From Octopus sinensis (taxonomy: Eukaryota), in contig NC_043011.1 in the NCBI RefSeq assembly GCF_006345805.1, forward strand, positions 37,956,464-38,020,463: 64,000 nucleotides of DNA, written 5' to 3'. The notes under the pieces were generated by a model that ran no database searches, had not been told where the DNA came from, and saw nothing but the letters and a program-made list of their open reading frames with translations. Of the stretch, positions 1 through 13,380 are shown in pieces (the first letter of the stretch is position 1; each line of letters begins with the position of its first letter). Position numbers and translations under genes: made by a program.

Positions 1-1011
1 TATTTATATCTATCTATCTATCTATCTTTGTATCTACCTATCTATCCCTCTATCTATAAATCTATCTGTCTATTTATCTCCGTATCTGTCTATTCATTTA
101 TCTATCAACTTATCTATCTCTCAATGTTTCACTCTGTCATGGTGTGTGTATACACTTATATAAGGAGAAACATTTTTATTGCTGAAGATTTCTTTCCTTG
201 GAGACATAAAATTCATATGAAACTGATATATTAAACAATACCCAATAAAATAAGCCAAAATTTTCAAAGGAGAAGAATCCAACAATGGACGATGAAAGAA
301 TCGTTGTAAATGGAATTCAAGGTACATTGATTTCGATCAAGATTTATGGAATTTGATTTTAATTCTAAGCATCCAACTGAAGACATAATTTATTTATTAT
401 TTTTGTAATTTTTTCATATATATGTTTGTGCGTGTGCGCGTTTGAGTACCTTTGTTTGTTTGTGTACGTGTGTGTCTGTGTGTGTGTGTGTCTGTGTGAA
501 TTTGAGCGTCCATAAAGCATCCAGATATTAAATACAAAAGACTGAAAAACAAATGGCACAAACAGACACATACATACATACATATGTACGTACGTATAGG
601 GACCTACACATAAATATACATGGCCCCATACTTGCACACACGTGTATGCATACGTTCATATACACACACACACACACAATCATAAACACATACGTACATA
701 AAAACATGCATAGAGATGCATACGTACATATGAAATATGTGCATTGTTGCATTAAGCGAAAACAAACCTAGCAGTCACACACAAAGACACATACACAAAA
801 AGACACACATACACGCACACACACAAACACATACTCGAACATAGAAATCTTCGTATACATTACATAGAGTAATTGTTGAATACGCAAATTTACTCTATTT
901 TTAAAGATGAGCAAATAAATATTTCATCGTCACAAACAAGAGACTGTCATCTTTAACATTCATCCTCATCTTCTTCAACGTAAACAATGCGTAAACGCTA
1001 ACACTGCTACT

Positions 1012-1550
1012 GCCGATGATGATGATGATGAGGAGGAGGAGGAGGAGGAGGATAAGGAGGAGGAGGTGGAGGATGGTGATGATGATGACGACAACGGCAA
1101 CGACGACGACGTTCAGGTGGAGGACGACGACGACGATGAAGATGATGATGATAAGGATGATGACGACGACGACGACGATGATGGTGACTAAGATGATGAT
1201 GATAAGGAGGAGGATGACCACGATGATAATGATGGTAACTAAGATAATGATGAGGCGGAAGGGGATGACCACGATGATAATGAGGATGGTGAGGTGGAAC
1301 AGGAAGGAATTGTGATGAAATTCATGAGTACCCATGATGAGGGATATGACGACGACGACGACGACAACGACGACGATGATGATGATGAGGATGATGATGA
1401 GGATAAGAAGGAGGAGGAGGAATAGGTGGACGACGATAATAGCAACAACGAAGATGACATTGATGAAAATGGCGACGACAGTGAAGAGGTTGGCATTGAT
1501 GACAGCGACAACGATAGTGATGATGAAGATGATGATAATGATGATGGTAG

Positions 1551-1596
<46 letters not shown>

Positions 1597-1710
1597 AATG
1601 GCGATGATGATGATGATGGCGATGATGATGATGATGAAGATGATGATGATGATGATAACAGTGACAACGCCGACTACGACGACGACGATGACGAGAACGA
1701 CGTTGATGAA
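1012..1710. repeat. Mixed (GAT/GAC/GAG)n trinucleotide low-complexity tract
   Basis: Directly visible. It produces poly-D, poly-M, poly-I and poly-S ORFs in several frames. Confidence 0.95.
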
Positions 1711-1810
1711 TATCGTATCTCTAATTAGGCTGAGGAGTCGGCTGAATGAGTCGGTTGGATTGTCTTTTGACAATATCCACGTCAATTCTAAGAGAACCGT
1801 CGGGAAATGC

Positions 1811-1990
1811 TGACAATTGATGCCAACTTTTAGGTGGTGAAAATGAGTTACCCTGTGATGACAATTGATGCCAACTTTTAGGTGGTGAAAATGAGTTACC
1901 CTGTGATGGACTGGCGTCCCATCCAGGTGGCGAATTGATACGCCGTGGAAACCGGGGAACCGACCGTCTTGAGTTGGCTTGTCTCAAGTA
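1811..1990 (+). repeat. 48-bp tandem duplication followed by a SINE-tail-like motif
   Basis: tgacaattgatgccaacttttaggtggtgaaaatgagttaccctgtga at 1811-1858 and 1859-1906, then tggactggcgtcccatccagg, which resembles conserved metazoan SINE domains. Confidence 0.7.
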
Positions 1991-2465
1991 GGTAGTCTTT
2001 AACTTTATCTTTTCTCTGCCTCACGTAATATTTTGCATATATTTTTTGTAAATTTCTGTTGTTGATTTTCCCATTCCTCCATCATATCTGTTATTTTCTT
2101 CATTTTCTAGTTTGATTTAAACACAGAACCAGTTTTCTTGTATTTGTTTTGTAATTAGGCCATAACTTATTGTTATACTTTACTAGCTAATCCCGTTGTC
2201 ATTCAGTGAATACTATGTACTAATCTCTATAGTTACATGACGCCCTAAATCATTATATTACTTTTAAGTATAAGCTTTTTAAGTCATAATCTACATGGTG
2301 CCTTCTAAATATATTCACCTGGCATTTTTCGATTTCTCTTCTAAATACATTTACCTCCCGGTTAATGATATCATAGCATATTACTCATACAGCCAGCGTA
2401 TGAATGCCTATCAACAAACTATTTGCTTTTCTCTCTGTTTCAATTCATAGTAAATAGCTTCTGTA

Positions 2466-2712
2466 GGCGGCGAGCTGGCAGAAACGTTAGCACGCCGGGC
2501 GAAATGCGTTGCTGTATTTCGTCTGCCGTTGCGTTCTGAGTTCAAATTCCGCCGAGGTCGACTTTGCCTTTCATCCTTTCGGGGTCGATAAATTAAGTAC
2601 CAGTTACGCACTGGGGTCGATGTAATCAACTTAATCCGTCTGTCTGTCCTTGTTTGTCTGTCCTTGTTTGTCCTCTCTGTGTTTAGCCCCTTGAGGGTAG
2701 TAAAGAAATAAG
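2466..2712 (+). mobile_element. SINE family A (tRNA-derived head + Deu/Nin-like core)
   Basis: A-box-like tggcagaaacgttagc, B-box gagttcaaattcc, core gcctttcatcctttcggggtcgataaattaagtacc. Many copies occur in the window. Confidence 0.85.
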
Positions 2713-4427
2713 TATATAGCTTCTGTGATATATCTATGTAACCATGTTTTTCTTTACGTGTTGTTCTACGTCTAATGCAATGATTCCTAAAGTGTGAGTA
2801 TTGGTTGTTCCTATTTCTGTTTCTATATCTAGCATCATAACCATGTAGATAATTAATTGTCCTTTCTCCATTATTCCCTTGGCGCATTTCCCTAATCTAA
2901 ATTTCATATCTATTCGGCTAATGAAACCATGATGTACATTTCGCAGCTGTACGTCCACTCGTTAATCATATGTAGCGCACATCTTGAAGGAAGCTGTAGA
3001 CTTCAAATAAAAAATGATTGATTATCTCCCTATGGCATTTGTATTCGAGTCTCACCTGGTTTAATATGTTAGTTAGAGGTGTTATCACAGAGCAGAAAAG
3101 AAGTTGGAAGAAAGAGCTCACTTGGAATATCTATATTTTAAAGAGATGTTCGTTTTACAAACCATTTTTGCATTCTGCAGAATATTATTTCCGTTACCCA
3201 TAATGCATTTATCGCTTATCCTTATCATCTATATTACCATGCCGCAAGCTAATATTTCCAAAAACAATAAATACTGAAAGGATTATCTAGTAGACAATTC
3301 ATTCCATGCTTAGAGCACTTTCCGCATTAGTGGACATTGGCTATATCTTAACTGATCTGAACCTTTGTAATATTACTGCTAATCTTTAAAGATATTTTCT
3401 TTTACTATTTTAACGATTTTTCACCGTTATTATTCAGAAGATATAAAAAAGCATGTGAGACTTTGAAAGCTTTAAGAAACGGTTCTCTTACTCTGTAGAT
3501 TTTTTGGATTTTTTTTCTGGTTCTTGTGTTTCTTTAGTCGACAGGATAAAGATAGCTTCCCACACAGAGGTCAGCCAGATGTCTCCTGCTGCATAAGTAT
3601 CAGATAAACTGTTTACGCTAGCATAGAATGGATCCTAACTAAATATTGTAGTCAAAAGTTAGCAATAATGCCACCGAGTTGTTTGATTATTGCCTCGCCT
3701 ACGCTTTACATTATTACGGCTTCACTCTGTTGTTCAGTGCTGGACAATTTGTTTTAACCATTCTCGTCTGTATCGATTCATTCACTGTCCATTACCATGT
3801 CGCAAATTCCTTTCATGTCTCTTGCAGTAGGAACTACATTAACTTATGTTTCATCGTTGCCTAAATATTGCGCAGCACTATAACAATATGTTAATATCAA
3901 CATTTGACAAATAAAACACAAGAGACGTATATAACACAACGTAGTTTCTCGCAGGCGTGTTGCAACAGAACAAGCATGATAAATAAAACCTATCACGAGT
4001 AATTTATCATTGAATCTAAAAACAACTTATATCACAGGAATCTATAAAGTGACTTAAGAAAAAAGTCATGTAAACAAGCAGAGATACCAGCAATATTATA
4101 TCCTCATCATTTTCTACATTTTCTAAAGAATTGTAGCTGCTCCAATTACATTGCGAATATAGTTTTGCTAAGCAATAATTATATAAACACACAGAGAAAT
4201 CTCAAGCACTGTTGTGCTTGCGATATTGTCTGATAGATCATCTACTGACACTCGCTATAGGCGAATCTGCTATTAATTTATCTTCTTGTCTGAGAATTCA
4301 CATTTAGCAAGAAATTAAGTTTAAGAGCAAGCAATCACGACCTGCTTAATAATAAAAATGCATTAGAGGTATCGATTATTCAGACTCTTGTTTGCTGAGA
4401 ACAACTTTCCTCTTCCTTCTTCAATAT

Positions 4428-4985
4428 AAAGGGTGAGATGGGTAAAATGTTACCATTCTATATTTTGCATTTCGCGCATGCACATTGTATGTTTTCGATT
4501 TAATCGACTACAGAGTATTGTAGAGTCCGTTTGGCACTGTCTGTGAGTAACACGGCACCATGACGCAATTTACTCTACCAGAAACTTGGAAACGACATGC
4601 TGTACTGCTTGGCCTTCGCGCCGGAAGTTCCAATATGATCATTTAAGAGTGTTTGGGTGTCAATGTGAGGACAGTACAATCTGAGAAAATGTACTGAAAG
4701 TGATAACACTTAAACATCCAGTGAATATCATGGTGATGCTAACGTTATACTTCCATTCATCTTCTCACACGGCTGCAGAGTCAACACGGATGCCTACATA
4801 AAGTGCCTGGAGGAGGTAGTGCTGCCTTGGGCCACGACGGGACTCTGCACAATGCAACGTAAGGAGATCCCACTCATGGTTGTCAGAAATTTCTGGGACC
4901 ACATCACCTCGAAAATCTGACCACTTAACTCCTCAGACTGCAACCTCCTTGATTATAATGTGTGGGTCGCAGTTAAGTGAGGGAC
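4428..4985 (+). mobile_element. Tc1/mariner deletion relic
   Basis: Decayed translations GVNVRTVQ, AYIKCLEEVVLPW and (W)PLNSSDCNLLDYNVW, the last matching the WPxxSPDLNPLDY motif. Starts near TA-AAGGGTG. Confidence 0.65.
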
Positions 4986-5023
4986 CTAAAATATCCCTGT
5001 AATTACTATTATTATTATCATTA

Positions 5024-5481
5024 TTGAGTGAGAGAGCAGTGCATGCCATCAAAGTAACACTGGGGTAAAATATACGACGCCCAGTATACCCATCATGACT
5101 ACCCGTCTGATAAGAGTACACAAGGTACACGCATCACAAACATGTGTGCGACATGGTGATCTCATATCAAGATAAACAGCGCATGATCTTGCATGTGGAG
5201 CCCAGTTAGAATTTTCTTCTGGTCGAGTAACCCATCCCGCTCAAAAGGTCCTTGAATAAGGGCCGTTTAAGTATGTTGAACGAAACACCCATGTTTTCAG
5301 AGGCGAATTAGTCAAATCCCAAACAATCCCTTTCAACACATGGCTATGATGCTCCCCCACTACTTCTGCTCGCGATCATAGATGCACATATCGTCAGCCA
5401 CTAAGGGACATGCTCAACTGGTTAAGGTCAAACATATGACAAGCAAATCTGTAGTAATGAGCAGAATATTTTCTGTAGCCC
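5024..5481. repeat. Unclassified non-coding interspersed repeat E (truncated copy)
   Basis: Aligns to 39643-40090 and lies between TTA tracts. Confidence 0.85.
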
Positions 5482-5482
5482 T

Positions 5483-5495
5483 ATTATTATTATTA

Positions 5496-5564
<69 letters not shown>
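5483..5564. repeat. (TTA)n microsatellite
   Basis: Directly visible and abuts the 3' end of the R4/Dong element. Confidence 0.98.
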
Positions 5565-5565
<1 letters not shown>

Positions 5566-5737
5566 TTTTTTTTTCTTCTTTCAAATTTTCTTCCATTTCT
5601 TGCCGAGTGTCTTCCCGACTCCTAGGGCAAAGAAACTCATAGTGTATATTGGTAGGCCATTAACCCAACTCAGTAGTTCGTTCATTTTTTTTTTTTTTTT
5701 TTTAAGTTAAATTAAAATACATGAGCAGCAACAGTTC

Positions 5738-6693
5738 TCACATCGACAATGCTCTTCTCAATACGTGTGATGTACCAGTTAAGACAATCTTTTGCACTTC
5801 TTGCAGGGATGGTAAGCCAGGGATCATTCTCATATAATTTTCGGTTCCCTTCTTGATCATTCCTAGTGCTCCTACGATCACTGGTATTGTAACCGCCTTG
5901 AGATGCCCCATTTTCTCAATTTCAATGAGTAGGTCTTTATATTTTCTGAGCTTGTCAAACTCTTTCGCTGAGATATTATGATCACAGGGGATGCTCATGT
6001 CGATCAATAAGCAAACTTTATTGTTTTGGTCTTTCACAACAATATCTGGTTTATTGGCCTTGATGGTTCGGTCTGTATGTACTGGAAAGTCCCACAGAAT
6101 GGTTACATTTTCTCCTTCAGTTACAGCCTCAGGGTGGTGATTATACCACTTGTCGGCAGTTTTGATATTGTAATGCCGACTTATTAGCCAGTGGAGATAT
6201 TGGCCAACTCTGTCATGTCTTAATTTATACTCCACTGGTGCTAAACTTTACATCCAGAGATTAGGTGGTCCACTGTTTCAATCATGTCGTTGCAGAATCG
6301 GCATTTTGGGTCAGCTCCATTTTTCATCACATTGGCCTGGTAGTTCCGGGTTAATAGGCTTTGGTCTTGAGCAGCCAGGATGAAACCTTCGCTCTCTGCT
6401 TTTAGCCCTGAGCTCCGCAGCCACTGATGGGTTTGCTTCTGGTCAACATCAGCTTGTTTGCTGCGGGTCACATATTTGCCGTGCAGAGGTTTCTCCTCCC
6501 ACCTATCAGCCAATTGCTCGTGCGCTTTTTTCATTGCCATCATTTTCACCTTCTTTCCAACAATAGTTGCCGTACTTCCCTCGGGTTGTTCAGTTTGGGT
6601 ATCCTGCACGAGATCAATAGCAAATTTTTTGCTTTCCTTGATGATAGAATGAAGCTTCTTTCGTCTCTCGTGATTTTCCACGAGCTTTAGCAT
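5738..6693 (-). pseudogene. CCHC zinc finger and PD-(D/E)xK restriction-like endonuclease of the R4/Dong element
   Basis: CRFCNDMIETVDHLISGC, RHDRV, KPDIVVKD...LIDMSIP...KEFDKLRKY. It is split across two ORF calls (6241-6693 and 5738-6235). Confidence 0.92.
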
Positions 6694-6933
6694 CCAGTCA
6701 TTCGATATTTCGAGATATTTTGCCAGTCCAATTGTGGTTGTTTTGTAAGCTAGTTCAAATTGGATCAGGCCTCGACCCCTCTTGGGCTCTGGGAAGGTAA
6801 AGGCGATCTACGTCTGCCTTTGGGTGGTGCATCCTATTACAACTCAGTAGCTTGCGTATTTTCCTATCTATATTCTTTACTTCACTCATATTCCAGTTCA
6901 ACACATTGTAGCTATAAGTAACAACTGGAACTG

Positions 6934-7902
6934 CTAAGGATTTATAGCTAACACCTTGTTACGTGCATTTAGTTCAGATTTCAGGACTGCACGAACTCTC
7001 CTATAACATTCCTTCCTGATTTTCTCTTTCATGCTTGCATGCTGAATACCAGGGCCTTCATTTATCCCTAAATATTTGTATGTCTGTTCTTGCTCAAGCT
7101 CTCTTATGACTGTGTCAACATCTAACACGACTGAATTTGTGGTCTTCACTTTCCCTTTCTGGAAAGTGGCCTTGGCACACTTTTCAAGTCCAAACTCCAT
7201 CCCGATGTCATCGCTGAATGCTTTCACGCTGCGCAATAGGCCTTCAAGTTCATTATTGTCTTTACCATAATGTTTTAAGTCATCCATATAAAATAGATGG
7301 CTTATTTTTTTATTGGCAATTTTATACCCATACCCTGTTCTGTTTAATTCACTTGTAAGGGGTATTAGGGCTATGCAGAATATTAAAGGTGAAAGTGAGT
7401 CACCTTGAAAAATTCCACAGTTGATGTTTATATTTTCTGAGGCAAGTACTCCATTAGAGTGGTATAATTGGAGATTCGTATTCCACAACGACATATTGTG
7501 CTTCAGGAAGTTTGAAATCACAGGGGAAATTTTAAAGATGTCCAGCGATCTCAAGATCCATGGATGCGGTATACTGTCGAAGGCCTTTTTATAGTCAATC
7601 CATGCGGTGCTGAGATTTCTGCGCTTGTTGTGACAGTTCTCAAGGATCATACGATTGATTAGCAGTTGATCTTTGCATCCGTAAGAGCCTCGGCGGCACC
7701 CTTTTTGTTCAATGGGGAAAATATCGTTCTTCTCCATGAATGCATATGTTTTCTCCGCCAGGATAGATGTTAGGATTTTATACGTGGTGGATAGACAGGT
7801 TATAGGCTGATAGTTTTTTGGAAGGTTGGTTTCGTTATTCTTTGGGAGTAGGTAAGTAATGCCACTTGCTAACCATTCAGGTGTTTTCTTTTGGTCTCTC
7901 AA
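6934..7902 (-). pseudogene. Reverse transcriptase domain of the R4/Dong element
   Basis: Motifs YQPITCLSTTYKILT, QKGCRRGSYGCKDQL, AWIDYKKAFDSIPH, GIFQGDSLSPLIFC, HLFYMDDLK, FGLEKC and YKYLG. Confidence 0.95.
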
Positions 7903-8939
7903 AATTCCATTGAGCAGCTGAACTAGCTTACCGTGTGCGCACGGGAGCGATGCGAGCCAGAATTCGGCACCCTATCTTTACCGGGGGATTTCCAATTATG
8001 GGCCTTCGTGAGTGCCTTTCTTAGGTCTGCTATTGTGATGTCTTCCCATGCTTGTTGTTGTAAATTTGGTAGGATCCTTCAGTTTGTATAATCCAGTCTG
8101 CATTTATGTTGTACGTCTTCTTGTCACTCCAAATCCTTTCCCAAAAGTTTTGAACTTCTTCATGGGAGGGGGGTCTTTAACGGTTACTTTCTCCTTCCCT
8201 ATTTCTCTGTAGAATATTTTGGCATTGGATGTGAACAGCTTATTTTGCTTGTAAAACTTGTTTCTCTTCTCAAATCTTCGTATTCTTTGGGCTTTTGCTT
8301 GGACTTTTTGTTTCAGCGTTTCTTTTATTGATATCAGTTCTTCTCTTGGTGAGGATCCAAATTTTCTCTTCATCTTTCTTCCTGTTCTGGATCTTACATC
8401 ATTTCCACATATTAGTTCATTTAATATTGATATTTCCCCTCTCATAAATTCAATCTCTTTTTCAATTTTACTTCTCCAGGTTTTTATTTCTTCCCAGGTT
8501 TTGTTTTCTTTGTTTTTTCGGGGGAATACAGCTGGTTTTAATTGCCCTAGCAGAAGCGTAAATAATTTCATTTAACTCAGTAAAATCAGGTTTTAATTCT
8601 CGTATTATTTCATTTGTTACATAGTTGCCAATTTGGATTTGTTTTTTTATTTTGGTTTGTATTTGAGAGTTTATGAAGCGGTTCTCTATCATTCATACTT
8701 GTATGTCTTACAACTTCAAGCGTATTCAGGATTTTCTGCCTCATTTCTGCCATAGACTCTCTGTGTTCTTCAGCAAATGCGAGATCTTCAGTTACTGTTG
8801 TTTTTTCGTTTTCCTGGCTATCTTTAACAGGTACAATAGAATTTCTTGTATCTTCAGGCCTTTGCGTACTTTGGTCAGATGGCAGTCTTTCAATTAAGCC
8901 TCGTGGCGGGCTATACTGTTCATTTGATTCTTCATTTCC

Positions 8940-8943
<4 letters not shown>

Positions 8944-9025
<82 letters not shown>

Positions 9026-9097
9026 TTTATATTATTATTATTTTATTATATTATTATTATTATTATTATTATATTATCATTATTATTATTATTATTA

Positions 9098-9187
<90 letters not shown>

Positions 9188-9200
9188 TATTAATATTGAT
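8944..9200. repeat. (TTA)n microsatellite
   Basis: Directly visible and abuts the 5' truncation of the R4/Dong element. Confidence 0.98.
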
Positions 9201-9426
9201 ATTATAGCAATAAATATGTGATGGCAGTTGGGTAGAGTAGTGAAACACTGGCTTAATGAGAATTGCCAGAGAAGTCACAATAGTAGAATTATATATATAT
9301 ATTTGTGTGTGTGTGTTTGGGTCTGTGTACTTTTATATATTCTTTTATAAGTAAGTTTAGCAAGCATGCATAACTTTGTGTGTGTGGTGTGTGTGTGTGT
9401 GTGTGTATGTGTGTGTATGTGTATGT

Positions 9427-9478
<52 letters not shown>

Positions 9479-10173
9479 TGTCTATATATATCTGTGCTTT
9501 TATTAGAAATAGCAAAATAGCAGACAAATCTTCCTGAAACTAGAGGCTCCTTGGCTCCTGAAAACGGAAAAGAAACTTTATATAATGTAGTTTCTGGACG
9601 CATAAAACCTGCAAAAATCACGGCATAGTCACGGCTTGAGTACCTTTGATCGTAGTTCTGCTTGCTCAGCGCTGCCCGTCGTTGGCTAATAGATTACAAC
9701 AACAACAACAACCACAACAAAAATATCCACAAAAATAACCAAAATCATAACAAGAGCAGCAGATACACGTAGTAAAAGAGTAATCAAATAAATAGAAGTC
9801 ATTTATTGTTTAATCTATTCTGAAACAGAATAGATATAAAAGGATGCGCGAATTCACACTTTACATTCGTAACGGTTAGATATTTGGCTAAAAACTAATA
9901 AATGGAACCTATGCTGAGTTTAAAGTTCAGGGTAGTACTTGCGAGTGATATAAAAAGTCATATTGGTCAGTAGTGTGTAAAAGGCGGCTTTGTAATTTTA
10001 TACATTAGATTCCAACACCAAAGAGAGCAGTTATATAAGTACATTAGAGAATATTATATGAACACGGTATTGATAATAATAAAGTAAAAACTTGGCTGGA
10101 AGGAAATAAGGAAACACTGGGAATAGTTCGGTTTATTACAATATTGCATTATAAATACTCAGACGTGTGTGTA

Positions 10174-10175
<2 letters not shown>

Positions 10176-10234
<59 letters not shown>

Positions 10235-10470
10235 TATATATATGTGTGTGGATGTATGTATATGTGCATGTGTGTATTCATATATGTGCTTGTGCGTGTG
10301 TGTAGATCGGTAGATAGGTAAATAGGTTGATATATATATAGACAGACAGATAAGGATATATATCTTTATATATAGAGATATACATGTATATATATATGTG
10401 TGTGTGTGTGTGTGTACATATATATATATATAATATATATATGTGCATACACATGCATATATATATGTAT

Positions 10471-10532
<62 letters not shown>

Positions 10533-10545
10533 TATATATATATAC
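10176..10545. repeat. Compound (TA)n/(TG)n microsatellite, one of dozens in the window
   Basis: Directly visible. Similar tracts occur at 11020-11190, 20855-21245, 41487-41675, 49327-49755 and 53527-53685. Confidence 0.97.
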
Positions 10546-11030
10546 AGGCAAACACTCAGAGACATACACAAACATGTATATATGTATATACACATACAAG
10601 CATATATTAAATATAAATATACAAACATATAGGTACATACTTCAACGAGTAAATATTCCCTTAGTATGATACGCCTAGCATAAGAACCAACTCGACCGTG
10701 TTACAAAACGTAAGGACGCATTGGATAATAAAGACCTATATACATAATGTCTGATTGAAATAAAGGATGGAAATACCTGGAACACGTTTGATCATTGGTC
10801 TGGCCTGAGTCTAAGCAGCACGATGAAAATATATATAGAAGTATATATATATATATAAGTTGGAATATCCGACATGTAGGAGGTTTCCTACTGACATGGT
10901 CAAACGCAATTTCTCTATAACATCAAAAGTATAATTCTCAGAAGCCTTCGAGGGGGCTGACGAGGAAAGGGTCTGCTTCTTTCTTCCGTGTAAAACATAA
11001 AAAATATATACATACAGACATATATATATT

Positions 11031-11074
<44 letters not shown>

Positions 11075-11119
11075 GAGCACGTATATATATATGTAAATGT
11101 ATATATATGTATATATATG

Positions 11120-11191
<72 letters not shown>

Positions 11192-12022
11192 CTATATAAG
11201 TAATGCAAGAACATTACAAAAAACTCAAATCTGCGCGCATCCGAATATACACATAATTAACATGTGTATTATACTTAGCGTCTCTCTCTCTCTCACTCTC
11301 AATCTATCTATCTTTTTTCTCACTCTCTCTCGCTCTTCCCCCTCTTTCTCTCTTTGCATATATGTACATGTGTGTATATGTGTGCATGTATGCGTGTATT
11401 TATGCGTGTGTGTCTGTCTGCGTCCATACGGGTGTGAACATATGTGCACATATTTAAGTATATAAACATTGGTGGTTTGCACCTGAAAAACGTGTTTGGA
11501 TTTTCAGACATGTGAAACTATCAGTAGCGCCCGAAGATATGTATTGTGATTCTTAAACAAAAATATCTGACTCACACCAGATGGAGTGCTCTGTTTGTTG
11601 AATTATACCACGTACCAAAATAAGCGACATGGATATCCAGAGGTAATGCAGAACGATCGTTTCACGCAACTTCATTTAATTTGGACAATGCAACCATTAT
11701 ATCGATTTAAATGCAGAGCAATCCTCAGCTGCACAAAGACATAGAATTTAATTAGATTGAGACAGAAGTACCATATTCATCTGAATATATCTAACTATGT
11801 ATATATATATATATTTATAATTGTGCGTAGTGTTTTATATAAGATATCTTATACATAACTATAACGAATTTTTTACTTGTTATTTTCATATTTTAATTGC
11901 TTGCTTTAGCAGGCTATCATTCTGATATGATGAATATTTATTAGAAATATTTCTTTTTCTACTCCCTAACAAAGTCTGAATTGTTCCATTTGAACTTATT
12001 CTTTCACACAGACACTCACACA

Positions 12023-12086
<64 letters not shown>

Positions 12087-12363
12087 ATATATATATATAT
12101 ATATATATGTGTGTATGTATACATATGATTTACGAGTTTCAATAAATGGATTGCTGTTATAATAGACCCTTCTTGTAGGGCTTCGTCAAACAGATCGACA
12201 CAAGCAATTATTTTCTGTCCGGTACCTGTTCTTAGGGATCATTTTTCCTGAAACCAAGATTAGTTTAGGTGAACATGTTAGCCACACTGCCTTGCCTGCT
12301 GCTTTATACATATGTATATAATATCTTATATTATATACATATGGAAATGTATATAATTTTTTT

Positions 12364-12569
12364 TTTACTACCCACAAGGGGCTAAACACAGAGGGGACAA
12401 ACAAGGACAGACAAACGGATTGAGTCGATTACATCGACCCCAGTGAATTGGTACTTAATTTATCGACCCGAAAGATGAAAGGCAAAGTTGACCTCGGCGG
12501 AATTTGAACTCAGAACCTAACGGCAGACGAATCACGGCTACGCATTTCGCCCGGCGTGCTAACGTTTCT
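12364..12569 (-). mobile_element. SINE family A copy
   Basis: Reverse complement of 2466-2712. Confidence 0.85.
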
Positions 12570-12737
12570 ATACATATTTAGTACATTATATGTACATCTC
12601 ACACATAAATGTGTATGAATATTTATATGTATGTATATATGTATATGGAGAGAGTTTACGAAAAAAAACAAAGGACGAAGACAGGTGGTGTACTAAACAA
12701 ACAGATGTATTAGTATAACCCTTAGGAATAGAAAAGT

Positions 12738-12773
12738 CTTCTACGTTTCGATTCTACGCTCTTCTAGAGAAAG
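12738..12773 (-). ncRNA. Heavily decayed minimal hammerhead relic within a repeat (~12650-12790)
   Basis: Minus strand reads CTTT-CTCTAGA-A-GAGC-GTAG-AATC-GAAACGTA-GAAG. This is the same layout as 33310-33345, with a mutated core and stem II. Confidence 0.35.
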
Positions 12774-12861
12774 GGACACAGAAAAAACAAGTACAGTGTG
12801 TATATATATGTACATATACATTATGCATATATATATGTATATATGTTATATATATATATAT

Positions 12862-12902
<41 letters not shown>

Positions 12903-12923
12903 TATTATATATATATATTATAT

Positions 12924-13380
12924 AAAAGGGCTTAGTAAAATAAATACTTTGCCGCATACTGAACTCATTAGAAATAGCAGCTAAAAAACTTTTAAAGCTA
13001 TTTCTAATACTTAAATAAATCTCTCTCATATATAGTGTTTGCTTATTCAACTCACAAAGTTTGGGGGTAAGGACATCGAAAAATCAAATGCTAGGTTATT
13101 CGAGAACGTACGTTTCAAGATTAGTCAAAAAACAACATTTCTATCATCGGCTCAGAAATTCCTTGTTTGGATTGGAAACACTGAAAATAAGAACATACCC
13201 TTTCGAAGATCTGCTCAACTAAAAGTGCCAACAAATTCAAATAAGCAGCGAAGATCTCTGTTCTCCCCTTTCCACCAGGTGGGTTAAATCATCAAACACT
13301 ATGCTTATCGGTAAAATCCGAAGCATTAATCAGAGGGAGATTAATTATATTTCAACAATGAGGGCAATTGTTTGAAATTA
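12924..13380. repeat. Diverged single copy of the 35392-36120 repeat family (opposite orientation)
   Basis: Shared blocks: aaagggcttagtaaaataaatactttgcc, gagaacgtacgtttc, gtgccaacaaattcaa and cccctttccacc. Confidence 0.8.

Larger units (their letters stand above)
5565..8943 (-). mobile_element. 5'-truncated R4/Dong-clade non-LTR retrotransposon (RT + CCHC + restriction-like endonuclease)
   Basis: Collinear frameshifted ORF pieces 8468-8692, 8104-8571, 6934-7902, 6241-6693 and 5738-6235. The 3' UTR is shared with 44434-44685. (TTA)n lies on both flanks. Confidence 0.92.

Noticed and set aside
901-1813. Long ORFs (294 aa poly-I/V, 159 aa poly-M/T, 100 aa poly-D)
   Set aside because: All are translations of one GAT/GAC/GAG low-complexity tract that is open in several frames. 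There are no flanking splice signals or domain content.
3538-3570. Possible micro-exon (tttag|TCGACAGG...CAGAG|gtcagc)
   Set aside because: The donor is weak, the peptide RQDKDSFPHR is uninformative, and such sites are expected by chance in 64 kb.
10957-10975. CTGACGA-G-GAAA motif; similar at 43916 and 45743
   Set aside because: There is no room for stem II and no stem I/III pairing.
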